A stretch of 64,000 bases of DNA from Malacoraja senta (GCA_038087875.1 CM075995.1:10666001-10730000); one strand, 5' to 3'. Shown: positions 48,587 to 61,244, counted from the stretch's first letter. Notes: a model not told the origin generated them from the letters alone. Program-made: numbers and translations.

Positions 48587-50603
48587 TGATCATAATATGA
48601 TTAGTTTTAATCTGCAATTTGAGAAGGAGAAGGTTAAATCGGAAGTGTCAGTGATGCAGTTGAACGAAGGGGACTATAAAGGCATGAGGGAGGAGCTGGC
48701 CAAGGTAGACTGGAAAGGGATCCTAGCAGGAATGATGGTGGAACAGCAATGGCAGGAATTTCTGAGCAAAATCCGGAAGACACAGGATCATTTCATTCTA
48801 AAAAGGAAGAAAGATTCTAAGGGGAGTAGGAGGCAACTGTGGCTGACAAGAGAAGTTAGGGATAGAATAAATCTAAAAGAAAAGATGTATAACACAGCAA
48901 AGAGTAGCCGGAATCCAGAGGATTGGGAAACGTTCATAGGACAACGGAAGGAAACAAAACGGGCAATATGGGCTGAAAAGATGAAGTACGAGGGGAAGTT
49001 GGCCAGGAATATAAAGAAGGACAGTTAAAGCTTATTTAGATATGTTAAGGGAAAAAGAATAGCAAAGTCAAATGTGGGTTCCTTGAAGGCAGACACGGGT
49101 GAAATTATTATGGGGAACAAGGAAATGGCAGAAGAGTTGAACAAGTACTTTGGATCTTTCTTCACTAAGGAAGACACAAACAATCTCCCAGAAGTACTGG
49201 AGGACAGAGGATCTAAGGGGGTCGAGAAACTGAGAGAAATTTTCAATAGGCGAGAAATAGTATTGGGTAGGCTAATGGGACTGAAGGATGATAAATCCCC
49301 TGGGCCTGATGGTCTGCATCCCAGGGTCCTCAGGGAGATGGCTCTAGAAATAGTGGACGCATTGGTGATCATTTTCCAATGTTCAATAGATTCAGGATCA
49401 GTTCCTGTAGATTGGAGGACAGCTAATGTTATCCCACTTTTCAAGAAAGGAGTGAGAGAGAAAACGGGGAATTACAGACCAGTTAGCCTGATTTCAGTGG
49501 TGGGAAAGATGCTGGAGTCAATTATTAAAGAGGTAATAATGGGGCATTTGGATAGCAGTGAAAGGATTGATCCAAGTCAGCATGGATTTATGAAAGGAAA
49601 ATCATGCTTGACTAATCTTCTGGAATTTTTTGAGGATGTGACAAGTAAAATGGATGAAGGAGAGCCAGTGGATGTAGTGTATCTAGACTTTCAGAAAGCC
49701 TTTGATAATGTCCCGCACGGGAGACTGGTGACTAAAATTAGAGCACATGGTATTGGGGGTAGGGTGTTGACATGGATAGAAAATTGGTTGGGTGACAGTA
49801 AGCAAAGTGTAGGAGTGAACAGGTCCTTTTCAGAATGGCAGGCAGTGGCGAGTAGAGTGCCGCAAGGTTCGGTGTTGGGGCCGCAACTGTTTACCATTTT
49901 TAGTAATGATTTGGAAGAGGGAATTAGGAGCAACACTCGCAAGTTTGCAGATGACACAAAGCTGGGTGGCAGTGTGAACTGTGAAGAAGATGTTAGGAGG
50001 TTGCAGGGTTGTTGAGTGGACAAGTTGAGTGAGTGGGCAGATGTGTGGCAGATGCAGTATAATATAGATAAATGTGAGGTTATCCACTTTGGTGGCAAAA
50101 ACAAGGGGCAGATTATTATCTCAACAGGTCCTTTTCAGATTGGCAGGCAGTGGCGAGTAGAGTGCCGCAAGGTTCGGTGTTGGGGCTGCAACTGTTTACC
50201 ATTTTTAGTAATGATTTGGAAGAGGGAATTAGGAGCAACACTCGCAACTGTGAAGAAGATGTTAGGAGGTTAGAAACATAGAAACATAGAAAGTAGGTGC
50301 GAGAGTAGACCACCAGGCCCATCGAGCCCGCACCGCCATTCGCTCATGGCTGAACACTAAACAGACACCCTTACCCACAAACAGTAGACACAAGACACAG
50401 AACACAAGACACTACCCTCCCCTTTATATCGCTATCACCCCTCTCCACCCCAAGAACCGCGTGATCTCCTGGGGGAGGCAAAAAACCGGATAAAAACCCA
50501 GGTCCAATTCGGGAAAAAAATCCGGGAAATTCCTCTCCGACCCCAATCCAGGCGATCGACACTTGTCCAGGAGATCACTCAGGTCTTACTATACTAACCA
50601 TAC

Positions 50604-53498
50604 CTAGGTCCATATCCCTGCCCTCTCCCCGTAGCCCCTTATCCCCTTGGCAGCTAAAAAACCATCTATTTTAGACTTAAATATATTTAATGTTTCTGCT
50701 TCCACTGCTCCCTGGGGCAGTGAATTCCATAAATTAACCACCCTCTGGGTGAAGAAGTTCTTCCTCATCTCAGTTTTAAAAGAGCCCCCTCTTATTCTAC
50801 AACTATGTCCCCTAGTTCTAGTTTCCCCGATCATTGGGAACATCCTCGGTGCATCCACCCGATCAAGGCCCCTCACGATCTTATATGTTTCAATGAGATC
50901 GCCTCTCATTCTTCTAAACTCCAAAGAGTAGAGTTCCAGCCTACTTAACCTTTCCTCATATGTCAATCCCCTCATTGCAGGAATTAATCTTGTAAACCTT
51001 CGCTGCACTGCCTCCAGGGCCAGTACATCCTTTCTTAAGTATGGACCCCAGAACTGTACAGAGTATTCCAAATGTGGTCTCACTAATACTGTGTACAGCT
51101 GCAGCAAGACCTCCGTGTTTTTATACTCAATCCCCCTAGCAATAAAGGCCAAAACTCCATTGGCCTTCCTGATTGCTTGCTGCACCTGCATACTAACTTT
51201 TAGTGATTCATGTACTACTACCCCTAGATCCCTTTGTGTTGCATTACAACGCAGCTCCACCTCATTTAGAAAATAACTTGCCCTATCATTTTTTTTCCCA
51301 AAGTGAATGACTTCACATTTATTAGTATTAAATTTCATCTGCCAAGTTGTTGCCCACTCACCTAGCTTATCTATATCCTTTTGCAGACTCTTCCTATCCT
51401 CCTCATCCCCTACTTTTCCTCCCATTTTTGTATCGTCCGCAAATTTTGATATATTACACTTGGTTCCCTCCTCCAAATCATTTATATAAATTGTGAACAA
51501 CTGGGGTCCCAGCACCGACCCTTGCGGAACCCCGCTAGTTACCGGTTGCCATCCCGAGTATGAACCATTTATCCCCACTCTCTGCTTCCTATTTGTTAGC
51601 CAATCCTCTACCCATGCTAATATATTACCCCCAATCCCATAATTTTTTATTTTTAGCAATAGTCTCTTATGTGGCACCTTGTCAAAAGCCTTTTGGAAGT
51701 CCAAGTATACCACATCCACCGGTTCCCCTTTATCCACCCGGGTTGTTACTTCCTCAAAGAATTCGAGCAGATTCGTTAAACAGGACTTCCCCTTCACAAA
51801 ACCATGCTGGTTCTGTCCGATGAAGTCATGTTTATCCAAGTGCCCCGTTAGTGTTTCTTTAATAATTGTCTCTAACATTTTACCCACCACCGATGTTAGA
51901 CTAACCGGTCTATAGTTACCCGCCTTCTGTTTACTTCCTTTTTTAAATATAGGTGTTACATTGGCCATTTTCCAATCCACTGGGACCGTTCCTGCCTCCA
52001 GGGAGTTTTGGAAAATTATCACCAATGCATCCACAATCCCCACCGCTATCTCCCTCAAGACCCTTGGATGTAATCCATCAGGCCCAGGGGATTTATCCTC
52101 CTTCAGTCTCATTAATTTCCCTAATACCACCTCCTTGGTGATCTTAATAGTATTTAGCCCCTCCATTCCTACCGCCCCCTGTTTATCCAGCGTTGGAATA
52201 TTTTTTGTGTCTTCTATGGTGAAGACTGATACAAAATACTCGTTTAATGCCTTTGCCATTTCCATGTTCCCCACCAACAACTCTCCAGTCTCACCCTCCA
52301 ATGGACCAACGTTCACCTTAGCCACCCTTTTTCTTTTTATATAGCTATAAAAACTCTTACTATTAGTTTTTATGTTGTTAGCTAAATTCCTTTCATAGTC
52401 TATTTTCCCCGTCTTAATTAATCTCTTAGTTATTTTTTGCTGACCTTTAAATGCTTCCCAATCCTCTACCCTCCCACTATCTCTAGCTACCTTATATGCC
52501 CTTGCCTTCAGCCGAATACTATCCTTTATAGTTTTACTGAGCCATGGCTGACTGTTCTTTCCCTTACCCCTTTTTTTCTTCATAGGAATAATTTTTTCTT
52601 GAAGGTTATACAGTAGATCCTTAAACGTACACCACTGCTCATGTACCGTCTTATTCTTGAGTCTGCTATCCCAGTCAACTTTGATCAGCTCAGTCCTCAT
52701 ACCTTCATAATCCCCTTTATTTAGACTAAGTACCCTAGCCTGAGTTTCAACCTGCTCTCCTTCTATTTGAATATGGAATTCGACCATATTGTGGTCACTT
52801 GTTCCCAACGAGTCCCTAACTATGACATTTTTAATTAATCCTGCTTCATTACACAGGACCAGATCCAAGATTGCCTCCCTCCTTGTCGGTTCTGTGACAT
52901 ACTGTTCTAGGAACCCGTCTCTAATACATTCTATAAACTCTTCCTCTAGTCTACCCTGCCCAGTTTGGTTTGCCCAATTAATATGAAAATTGAAGTCCCC
53001 CATGATTACAGCAGTTCCCTTTTTACATGCGTCAACTATTTGCAGATTTATGTTCTGACTAACAGCGTCACAGCTATTTGGAGGTCTATAAATTACACCC
53101 ACTAGTGTTTTTTTCCCCTTGTTATTCTCTATCTGTACCCAAGCTGTTTCACTATCCTGATCCTTCAACGCAATATCCTTCCTCTCTATTGCCGTTATTC
53201 CCTCCCTTATTAAAAGGGCCACTCCTCCTCCCTTTCTTTCCTGTCTATCTTTTCTAATTGTCGAGTACCCCTCTATATTTAACTCCCAATCCTGATCCCC
53301 TTGCAGCCATGTCTCCGTAATGGCCACGATATCATAACTATATGTACTTAATTGCACCGTTAATTCATTTATCTTATTTCGAATACTCCGTGCATTTAGA
53401 TACAGCACTTTCAGATGATTTTTACTACCCTTCCTTTCTGTTTTTGCCCCTTTTACATCTAGAGCTTTATCTTCACACATTCTGGATCCTCCTGTCAC
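50604..53498 (-). CDS. CR1 ORF2, about 960 aa (APE endonuclease + RT)
   Basis: Motifs LNARSI, ITETW, MGDFN, SDH, QHGF, LDFQKAFD, PQGSVLGP and FADD, all intact. Confidence 0.93.
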   Translation of the reverse strand: MTGGSRMCEDKALDVKGAKTERKGSKNHLKVLYLNARSIRNKINELTVQLSTYSYDIVAITETWLQGDQDWELNIEGYSTIRKDRQERKGGGVALLIREGITAIERKDIALKDQDSETAWVQIENNKGKKTLVGVIYRPPNSCDAVSQNINLQIVDACKKGTAVIMGDFNFHINWANQTGQGRLEEEFIECIRDGFLEQYVTEPTRREAILDLVLCNEAGLIKNVIVRDSLGTSDHNMVEFHIQIEGEQVETQARVLSLNKGDYEGMRTELIKVDWDSRLKNKTVHEQWCTFKDLLYNLQEKIIPMKKKRGKGKNSQPWLSKTIKDSIRLKARAYKVARDSGRVEDWEAFKGQQKITKRLIKTGKIDYERNLANNIKTNSKSFYSYIKRKRVAKVNVGPLEGETGELLVGNMEMAKALNEYFVSVFTIEDTKNIPTLDKQGAVGMEGLNTIKITKEVVLGKLMRLKEDKSPGPDGLHPRVLREIAVGIVDALVIIFQNSLEAGTVPVDWKMANVTPIFKKGSKQKAGNYRPVSLTSVVGKMLETIIKETLTGHLDKHDFIGQNQHGFVKGKSCLTNLLEFFEEVTTRVDKGEPVDVVYLDFQKAFDKVPHKRLLLKIKNYGIGGNILAWVEDWLTNRKQRVGINGSYSGWQPVTSGVPQGSVLGPQLFTIYINDLEEGTKCNISKFADDTKMGGKVGDEEDRKSLQKDIDKLGEWATTWQMKFNTNKCEVIHFGKKNDRASYFLNEVELRCNATQRDLGVVVHESLKVSMQVQQAIRKANGVLAFIARGIEYKNTEVLLQLYTVLVRPHLEYSVQFWGPYLRKDVLALEAVQRRFTRLIPAMRGLTYEERLSRLELYSLEFRRMRGDLIETYKIVRGLDRVDAPRMFPMIGETRTRGHSCRIRGGSFKTEMRKNFFTQRVVNLWNSLPQGAVEAETLNIFKSKIDGFLAAKGIRGYGERAGIWT

Positions 53499-53587
53499 AT
53501 TTTGATTTTCCGTTTCCCCACTGATACCCTGCTCTATTTCCTCTACCCCTGCCGTTATTACCCCCCTTGATACCTCCCCCCCGCTAC

Positions 53588-54541
53588 TTAGTTTAAAGAC
53601 CTCTCTACTGCCCTAGTTATATGATTTGCCAGGACCCCAGTCCCAGCACCGTTCAGGTGAAGTCCGTCCTTACAGAACAGATCCCCCCTGTCCCAGTACT
53701 GGTGCCAGTGGCCCAAGAAACCAAACCCATTTTTCCCACACCAGTCTTTGAGCCACGCATTCAGCTTTTTAATTTTTCGTACCCTCGCCGATTTGGCCCG
53801 TGGCTCAGGTAGCAATCCGGAGATCAGTACCCTCGAGGTTCTGCTTTTTAATTTATTCCCTAACTGCTCAAACTCGTTCAGCAGATCCTCCTTCCTCGTC
53901 CTTCCTATGTCATTGGTCCCCACATGGACCACGACCACTGGATCCTCCCCCTCACTCTGCAAATTTCTCTCCAGCATCGCAGAGATATCCTTAACCCTAG
54001 CACCGGGTAGGCAACACAGCCTTCGGGACATGTTCTGCTGGCCGCAGAGAACCTTATCTACCCCCCGAATAATACTATCCCCTATCACCACGGCATTTCT
54101 TCTAACTCCCCCCTCTTGAATGGCCCCCTGATCCACGGTGCTGCAGCCAGGTTGCTCATCCCTCCCACAGCCCCTGATCCCGTCCTCACATTGAGTAAGA
54201 GCCTCGGTCATGCTCGTCAGGGACAAGGGCTGTGGCTCCTGCCGCATCTCCTCCTGGTTCCCCCTACCTGCCTCGCTTATGGCCACACCTTCCTTTCCCT
54301 GCTCACTAACTACTGAATTAGTTAAACTGGTCGGTGTGACCATCCCCTGGCACAAAACATCCAGGTAATACTCCCCCTCCCTGATGCACCGCAGCGTATG
54401 AAGTTGGGTCTCCAGCTCATCAATGCGGAGCTCGAGTTCCGCTAGCTTCAAACACTTACTGCAGCTGTAGGGATCATCTACATCAATGGTGTCGACAATT
54501 TCCCACATCTCACAGTATTGGCACATCTCCTGGCCACCCAT
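53588..54541 (-). CDS. CR1 ORF1, 317 aa (zinc-finger-like + coiled coil + SGNH esterase)
   Basis: Motifs CQYC...CSKC, IGDSIIR, HVGTND and DGLHLN; no stops. Confidence 0.9.
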   Translation of the reverse strand: MGGQEMCQYCEMWEIVDTIDVDDPYSCSKCLKLAELELRIDELETQLHTLRCIREGEYYLDVLCQGMVTPTSLTNSVVSEQGKEGVAISEAGRGNQEEMRQEPQPLSLTSMTEALTQCEDGIRGCGRDEQPGCSTVDQGAIQEGGVRRNAVVIGDSIIRGVDKVLCGQQNMSRRLCCLPGARVKDISAMLERNLQSEGEDPVVVVHVGTNDIGRTRKEDLLNEFEQLGNKLKSRTSRVLISGLLPEPRAKSARVRKIKKLNAWLKDWCGKNGFGFLGHWHQYWDRGDLFCKDGLHLNGAGTGVLANHITRAVERSLN

Positions 54542-55859
54542 CTTATATAAGTAATTAACTGGTCCTATTAAGAATAAAGTCTGCCTGTGCTTGGCTTCTA
54601 CTTTTCAACTGTTTTTCCCCCCTCTGACTCACTTCTCTCCTCCCACTCGGGCTAGAGGTTGCAGGGTTGTTGAGTGGACAAGTTGAGTGAGTGGGCAGAT
54701 GTGTGGCAGATGCAGTATAATATAGATAAATGTGAGGTTATCCACTTTGGTGGCAAAAACAAGGGGCAGATTATTATCTCAACAGGTCCTTTTCAGAATG
54801 GCAGGCAGTGGCGAGTAGAGTGCCGCAAGGTTCGGTGTTGGGGCCGCAACTGTTTACCATTTTTAGTAATGATTTGGAAGAGGGAATTAGGAGCAACACT
54901 CGCAAGTTTGCAGATGACACAAAGCTGGGTGGCAGTGTGAACTGTGAAGAAGATGTTAGGAGGTTGCAGGGTTGTTGAGTGGACAAGTTGAGTGAGTGGG
55001 CAGATGTGTGGCAGATGCAGTATAATATAGATAAATGTGAGGTTATCCACTTTGGTGGCAAAAACAAGGGGCAGATTATTATCTCAATGGGGTTAGGTTA
55101 GGTAAAGGGGAGGTACAGCGAGACCTGGGAGTCCTTGTACACGGATCACTGAAAGTTGGCGTGCAGGTACAGCAGGCAGTAAAGAAAGCTAATGGAATGT
55201 TGGCCTTCATAACAAGAGGATTTCAGTATAGGAGTAGAGAGGTTCTTCTGCAGTTGTATAGGGCTCTGGTAAGACCACATCTGGAGTATTCCGTACAGTT
55301 TTGGTCTCAATTTGAGGAACGACATCCTTGTGATTGAGGCAGTGCAGCGTGGGTTCACGAGATTGATCCCTGGGATGGCGGGACTGTCATATGAGGAAAG
55401 ATTGAAAAGTCTTGGCTTGTATTCACGGGTTTAGAAGGATTAGGGGAGATCTTACAGAAACATATAAAATTTTAAAAGGACTGGACAAGCTAGATGCAGG
55501 AAAAATGTTCCCAATGTTGGGCGAGTCCAGAACCAGGGGCCACAGTCTTAGAATAAAGGGGAGGCCATGTAAGTGTGAGGTGAGAAAAAACTTTTTCAGC
55601 GAGAGAGTTGTGAATTTGTGGAATTCCCTGCCACAGAGGGCAGTGGAGGCCAAATCCCTGGATGGATTTAAGAGAGAGTTAGATAGAGCTGTCGGGGCTA
55701 GTGGAATCAAGGGATATGGGGAGAAGGCAGGCACGGGTTATTGATTGGGGACGATCAGCCATGATCACAATGAATGGCGGGGCTGGCTCGAAGGGCCAAA
55801 TGGCCTCCTTCTGCACCTATTTTCTATGTTTCTACGCTTATTCCACCGGATCCAGTCTT

Positions 55860-56310
55860 CACCTTTCCTGAATAAGGTAGTAGCCACAAACCAGTGGAGG
55901 TTTGCATTTGGTGTTTTCCTTCACCCCTCCAGGGTGATATATGGAGGACGTCTGTGCGTGGCTTTGTTTATCGTGGGGAGACTGGTGCACAGACAGCCAC
56001 CCCACGGTCCTTGACAGATCCGGGACAGGATCCAGTGGCATGGAGTCCAAGACGACCGGTGACCCTTTTCTGCCGCAGCCTTCATCCACTTTCCTAGCCG
56101 TTGTGACGCTCCACTAAGGTCAGACATCATCCTCTGCCCATTCCACCACTGAGGTCTTGGTTGGATTGCTCTTTGTCAGATACCTCCCACTCGACCTTAC
56201 AGCCTTGGATGGCCCTATGAGGAGCATAGCTCCAGACGGCGTCGCTCTCAGGATCTCAGGTCCACACAAGCTTCTCCACCACGATAAGGTGACAATCCAC
56301 GGTGAAGCTA
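55860..56310 (-). mobile_element. RTE-clade LINE 5' UTR fragment
   Basis: The minus strand begins tgtcaccttatcgtggtggagaagcttgtgtggacctgagatcctgagagc, resembling RTE/Rex3 5' ends as I recall them. It shares ggatccagtggca..caagacg with 46092-46120. Confidence 0.5.
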
Positions 56311-57442
56311 TGACCTCCCCAGAGGCCATAGCTTCACAATGAAGGGACGCATCTTTAGAAAAGAGAGAAGGAAGAATGTATTTAGTCAGAGGGTGGTGAA
56401 TCTGTGGAATGCATTGCCACAAAAGGTTGTGCAGGCAGAGTCGATTGATATTTTTAAGGTGGAGATTGATAGGTTATTAATTTGTAAGAGTGTTGAGGGG
56501 TACAGGTAGAACGCTGGAGAATGGGTTGCGAGGAATCGATTTGCCACGATTGAATGGCAGAGTATATTTCATGGTCCGAATGGTCTAATTCAGCTCCCAC
56601 AACATATGAACTTATTATTAGATACCATAGCTTTCAGGTTATAGGAAAGACGTTTAAAGCTGTGAGATAGACACAAAATCCTGGTGTACGTCAGCGGGAC
56701 AGGAAGCGTCTCTGGAGAGAAGGAATGGATGACGCTTGTGGTCCAGACCCTTCTTTAGACTGAGTCTGCAGGGTCTCGAACCGGAACGTTACTAATTCCT
56801 TCTCTCCAGAGATGCTGCCTGTCCCTCTGAGTTACTCCAGCATTTTGTGTCTATTTTCGGTTTAAACCAGCATCTGCAGTTCCTTCCAACACGTTTGAAA
56901 CTGTGGGACAAGTGCTTTACACAGAGTGTGATGGGAGCCTGGAAGGTGCTGCAGTTGGTGGCGTGGGGTGGTGGAAGCAGATACGATAGTGATGTTTAAA
57001 GGGTTGTAGATATGCAGGGAATAGAGATTAGTTTAAATTGGTATCATGCTCGGCACCGACATTGTGGGCCGAAGCGCCTGTTCCTGTGCCGTGCTGTACA
57101 ATGTTCGAGGAACTCTGTTCCAAGATCCAAATTCATCCACAAACACGGATCTTCTCCCTGCCCTAGTCAAGGAAGGGCATGCGCTACAATGCTGAGAACT
57201 ATATTCTGCACATCGTAGCTTCCCCTTTGCTGTATCTATTGAATGAGTTTGACGATGGCATTTGTGTATATTATTATCTGATCTGACTGGATAGCGCGTA
57301 AAACAAAGCTATTCACCGCACGTTTACACGTGACAATAAGCCTAATCCCAAGCACCTGGTTTGAACGGGAGGCTGGTCAATTGTAGGGGTGCACTTGACC
57401 TTTAACGCCTCTTGTTGACGGAATGACTTTTACCTCCAACAG

Positions 57443-57722
57443 TAAACCTGGCCTTGAGTGCCTGGGCGACACAGTCAAGCACCAGGAAGTCCGCCGAAGC
57501 TTATCTCGCCATTGATGGCCGGGCGAGTACATTAAGGAAGTTGAAATCATGTACTGAAACAAACCCGACCAACGATCCCTGGTGGATGGTCGATCTGAAT
57601 GGAATCTACCAGGTGTCTGTTGTTCGAATCACCAACCGAAGAGACTGCTGCTCTGAACAGCTCCGGGGAGCTGAGATCCGCATCGGGAACTCGTCCATGG
57701 ACGGTGGGATGTCCAACCAACT
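57443..57722 (+). CDS. F-type lectin exon 5: N-terminal part of FTLD D2
   Basis: Acceptor cctccaacAG and donor GTGAGT. Encodes (V)NLALSAWATQSSTRKSAEAYLAIDGRASTLRKLKSCTETNPTNDPWWMVDLNGIYQVSVVRITNRRDCCSEQLRGAEIRIGNSSMDGGMSNQ, with fucolectin motifs AIDG, PWWxVDL, ITNRxDCC and GAEIRIGNS. Confidence 0.93.
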
Positions 57723-59643
57723 GTGAGTGTCCAGTGGCGAGGAACAAAGACCAGCTCATTTCCAATCTCTGCAGGGATTCAGTGGGTCAGGCAGCTTCTG
57801 GGAAGAAATTCACAGGCATAGTGTCGATTCGAGACAGTTGTTCAGACTGAGAGAGTGGCGTTGAGTTGGGGGGGGGGGAGTGGGGGTGGAAGTAGGGTGC
57901 TTCAAAAGAGAGGTGGGAGTGGGTAAAATTCTGCCAAGTGATAAAAGGATACAGGTAAGATGAGATTGACAGATGTGTTGAGTCCGTGGATCGAGGCAAG
58001 AGTTTTGACGAAACGTGCCGACCAAGACATTTTACAAGACATTGGTGAGGCCACATTTGGAATATTGTGTTCAGATCCTATTTACGAGGATGTTTCCAGG
58101 ATTCGAGGGCCTGAGATATCGGGAGAGCTTGAGCAGGCTAAAACTTTATTCCTTGGAGTGATCATATAGAGGTGTTCAAAATAGCCATATAACCATAACA
58201 GCACGGAAACAAGCCATCTCGGCCCTTCAAGTCCATGCCGAACACTTTTTTTAAATTACATCCCCCTAGTCCCATCTACCTGCACTCAGACCATAACCCT
58301 CCATTCATTTTCCGTCCATATACCCATCCAATCTATTTTTAAAGGATAAAATCGAACCTGCCTCCACCACTTCCACTGGAAGCTCATTCCACACAGCTAC
58401 CACTCTCTGAGTAAAGAAGTTCCCCTAATGTTACCCCTAAACTTCTGTCCCTTAATTCTCAAGTCATGTCCCCTTGTTTGAATCTTCCCTACTCTCAATG
58501 GGAAAAGCTTATCCACGTCCACTCTGTCTAACCCGCTCATATGAGGAAATAATGAGGAAAGGATCATGTAAATGTAAGTTCTTTTGCCCAGAGGTGGGGA
58601 ATTGAGAAACCGAGGACATAAGTTTAACGAGAGGGGAGGAGGGTGGGGGGGTAAGATTTAATGAGAACCTGAGTGATGATTTTTTAATGAAAGAGTAGTG
58701 GATGCATGCAACGAGCTGCCAGTACTTGCGGCAGGTACTATCATATCACTTGGTACATGAATAGGATTGAATTTACAGGTGATGGGCAAATCGCGGCAGA
58801 TGGGACTAGTACAGTTGGGCATGTTGGTCAGCGTGTGCAAGTTAGGCCGATGGGCCTGTTTCCAGAGAAACAAGGAACTGCCAATACTCTGACACAACGA
58901 GGCCATCCCGGGAAAAAGTGGTGGCAGTAGATTGCGATGGCAAGTCGCCTGGTCTACTGGAAAAGTGCAATAAGTATTGGCAGTTCCTTGTTTCTCTGCT
59001 TTTCAAACTGTGAGGCTGTAGCGATTGTTTGGAGCATTGGTTGTTCCTCCGGCAGTGAAGATGTCATGGGAAATGCGTTCACTTGACCATTGAATTCCAC
59101 AATTCCAAGTCATACCCACACCCTACTGCCACTACTTTCCCTTCCTCCCTCCCACGCTGATGCACACACACATCTCTCACTATCTGCCACTACCGCGGTA
59201 TCCCAGTCACCCATCTCAGTGCACTCACCTCCCATACTCCATCTCCTAATTTCCTTTTATTCTCTCCGAACCTCACCCAATCCCCCCCCTCCCTTTTTCA
59301 CCTCTATCCTTTATCACTTTTTCCATCCATCTGCACCTCACCTATCACTTGCTACTCCTTCTCTCTTTCCCAACTTTCTCCACGCTACTCCATCAGTCGG
59401 AGAATGGGTCCCCACCCAAACCGCCACCTGTCCATTCCCTCCGCATATCCTGCCTGACCAGCTGCTTCTCCAGCAATTTGTGTTTTGATCCCGAGATTTC
59501 TTCATCCTTTTATCTCTTGTTCACCATTCGTGGTGACGGAGACGGGCGGTGGTCCCGCGTACTCAGCGCCCCGGCACCACCTTTCAGCAGGTAACTGAGT
59601 CCCAGTCACCAGTCATTCACGGTGTCATGCCCGTTTCTTTCAG

Positions 59644-59804
59644 CTGTGGGACAATCCAGGTAATATCTGCTCAGCGACTCACCTTCGTCTGTGAGGATTT
59701 CACGGGTCGATTTGTGAGTGTCATTATCCCGGGCAAGAATAAAACACTGACACTGTGTGAGGTGGAGGTCTATGGTGAGAAACTGGCTTCGCTGAACATT
59801 GAAG
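59644..59804 (+). CDS. F-type lectin exon 6: C-terminal part of FTLD D2
   Basis: Acceptor gtttctttcAG and donor GTATGT. Encodes CGTIQVISAQRLTFVCEDFTGRFVSVIIPGKNKTLTLCEVEVYGEKLASLNIE; LTLCEVEVYG is the fucolectin C-terminal signature. Confidence 0.93.
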
Positions 59805-60044
59805 GTATGTTCCTGTACACATCCCATGCATTCAGTCAAGGGCACTCTGTAGGGGCTGTGTTTGGAGTACTGTGTTCAGTGTTGGTCACCTACTATAGGA
59901 AAGATGACTTTAAACAAAAACTCCAGAGAAGATTAGCAAGGATAACAGAACTCACTTGGTCTTTACATTTCACCCCATCAGTCTGCACAAGTTAGGGGAC
60001 ATTCCTATTTCCCTCCACCTCAGTGCGGACATTGGATTTTGTTT

Positions 60045-60990
60045 CGTTTTAGTTTAGTTTAGTTTATTGTCACGTGTACCGAGGTACAATGTAAACCTTC
60101 GTTGCATGGTAACCAGTCAGCGGAAAATCAATACATGATTACGATCCAGCCATCGACATTGCACAGCGACATGATAAAATGAATAACATGAATAACATTT
60201 ATTGCAAGATAAAGCCAGTACAATCTGATGAAAGATCGCCAGAGGGTGTCCAGTGAGGTCGATAGTAGTTCAGGACTGCTCTCCAGTTATTGTTACCAAG
60301 GTGCAGCTGCCAAATAACTGTCACTGAATCTGGAGTTGTGCATTTACACACTTCTATACGTTTTGCCCGATGGGAAAGGGGAGAAAAGGGAGTGGCCAGG
60401 GTGCGACTTGTCCTTGATTATACTGGTGGGCTTGCCAAGGCAGCGTGAGGTTGAAATTGAGTCAATGTAAAGGTGGTTGGATTGCGTGATGGTCTGAGCT
60501 GCGTCAGCAAATCTGAGCAATTTCCTACAGGGTCGTGGATGGAGCTGTTTCCAAACCATGCTGTGGTGCATCCCGATAAAAAAGCTTTCTACCTGGCATC
60601 TGTAGAGGTTGGTGACAATTGTCGGGGACATGCCGAACTTCGAAGGAAGTAGAATAGTGGGTATGCTTTCTTGGCCATTGCTTCAATATGGGTGGTCCAC
60701 GAGAAGGTGTTGGTGATACTTACTCCTTGGAATTTAAAGCTTTAAACCATCTCCTCTTCTGTGCCAGCAATGCAAACTTGGGTATGTGTACCGCTTCCCT
60801 ACCTGAAGTCGATCAGCATCTCCTTTGTCTTGCTGACATTTAGAGAAAGGTTGTTGTCTGGACACTGGGTCACGACGTTCCCATTCTCCTTTTACTCACT
60901 GTTATCATTATTTGATATCCGGCCCACAATGGTGGTGTCGTCTGCGAATTCGTAAATTGAACCGGATTTGTGCATGGCTGCACACAGAGT
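60045..60990 (-). mobile_element. Rex1/Babar-like RT fragment
   Basis: FADDTT-like segment at ~60930, then LYRCQVES...AAQTITQ...RCLGK..SIIKD.SHPGHSLFSP.PSG..YRS. Confidence 0.75.
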
Positions 60991-61244
60991 ACTGGAGGAC
61001 CTGAGTGGATTGGGCAGAATCTATGGAGTGGATGCACAGGGTCTGAGGAAGGATCCTAACCCGAAATGCTATCTGTCCATTCCCACACCAGATGCTGCAT
61101 GAACTGCTGAGTTCCTCCAGCACTTTGGGTTTTGCTTCAGGAATGGAGATTCCCCTCTCTGGAGGTCGGATGGAAATCCGCAGCTTGAAGAAGTGACCTG
61201 ATGTTTAATCCTTATTGATGAGTGAACTCCCTCCTCCCCAACAG

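Larger units (their letters stand above)
50272..54654 (-). mobile_element. Intact full-length CR1 LINE
   Basis: TSD gaggtt (50266-50271 and 54655-54660), two uninterrupted ORFs, and a (TTTCTATG)n tail. Confidence 0.93.
46140..55834 (+). mobile_element. Degenerate near-full-length CR1 hosting two insertions and a 305-bp triplication
   Basis: Esterase ORF1 remnants (VGDSIV, DGLHLN) and ORF2 fragments at 46999-50015. Resumes at 54655 and ends in a TTTCTATG tail at ~55830. Confidence 0.85.

Noticed and set aside
55860..56310. HDV-like ribozyme at the RTE 5' end
   Set aside because: Known for some RTE elements, but I could not trace a convincing nested double pseudoknot by eye; it needs an RNAMotif or Infernal search.
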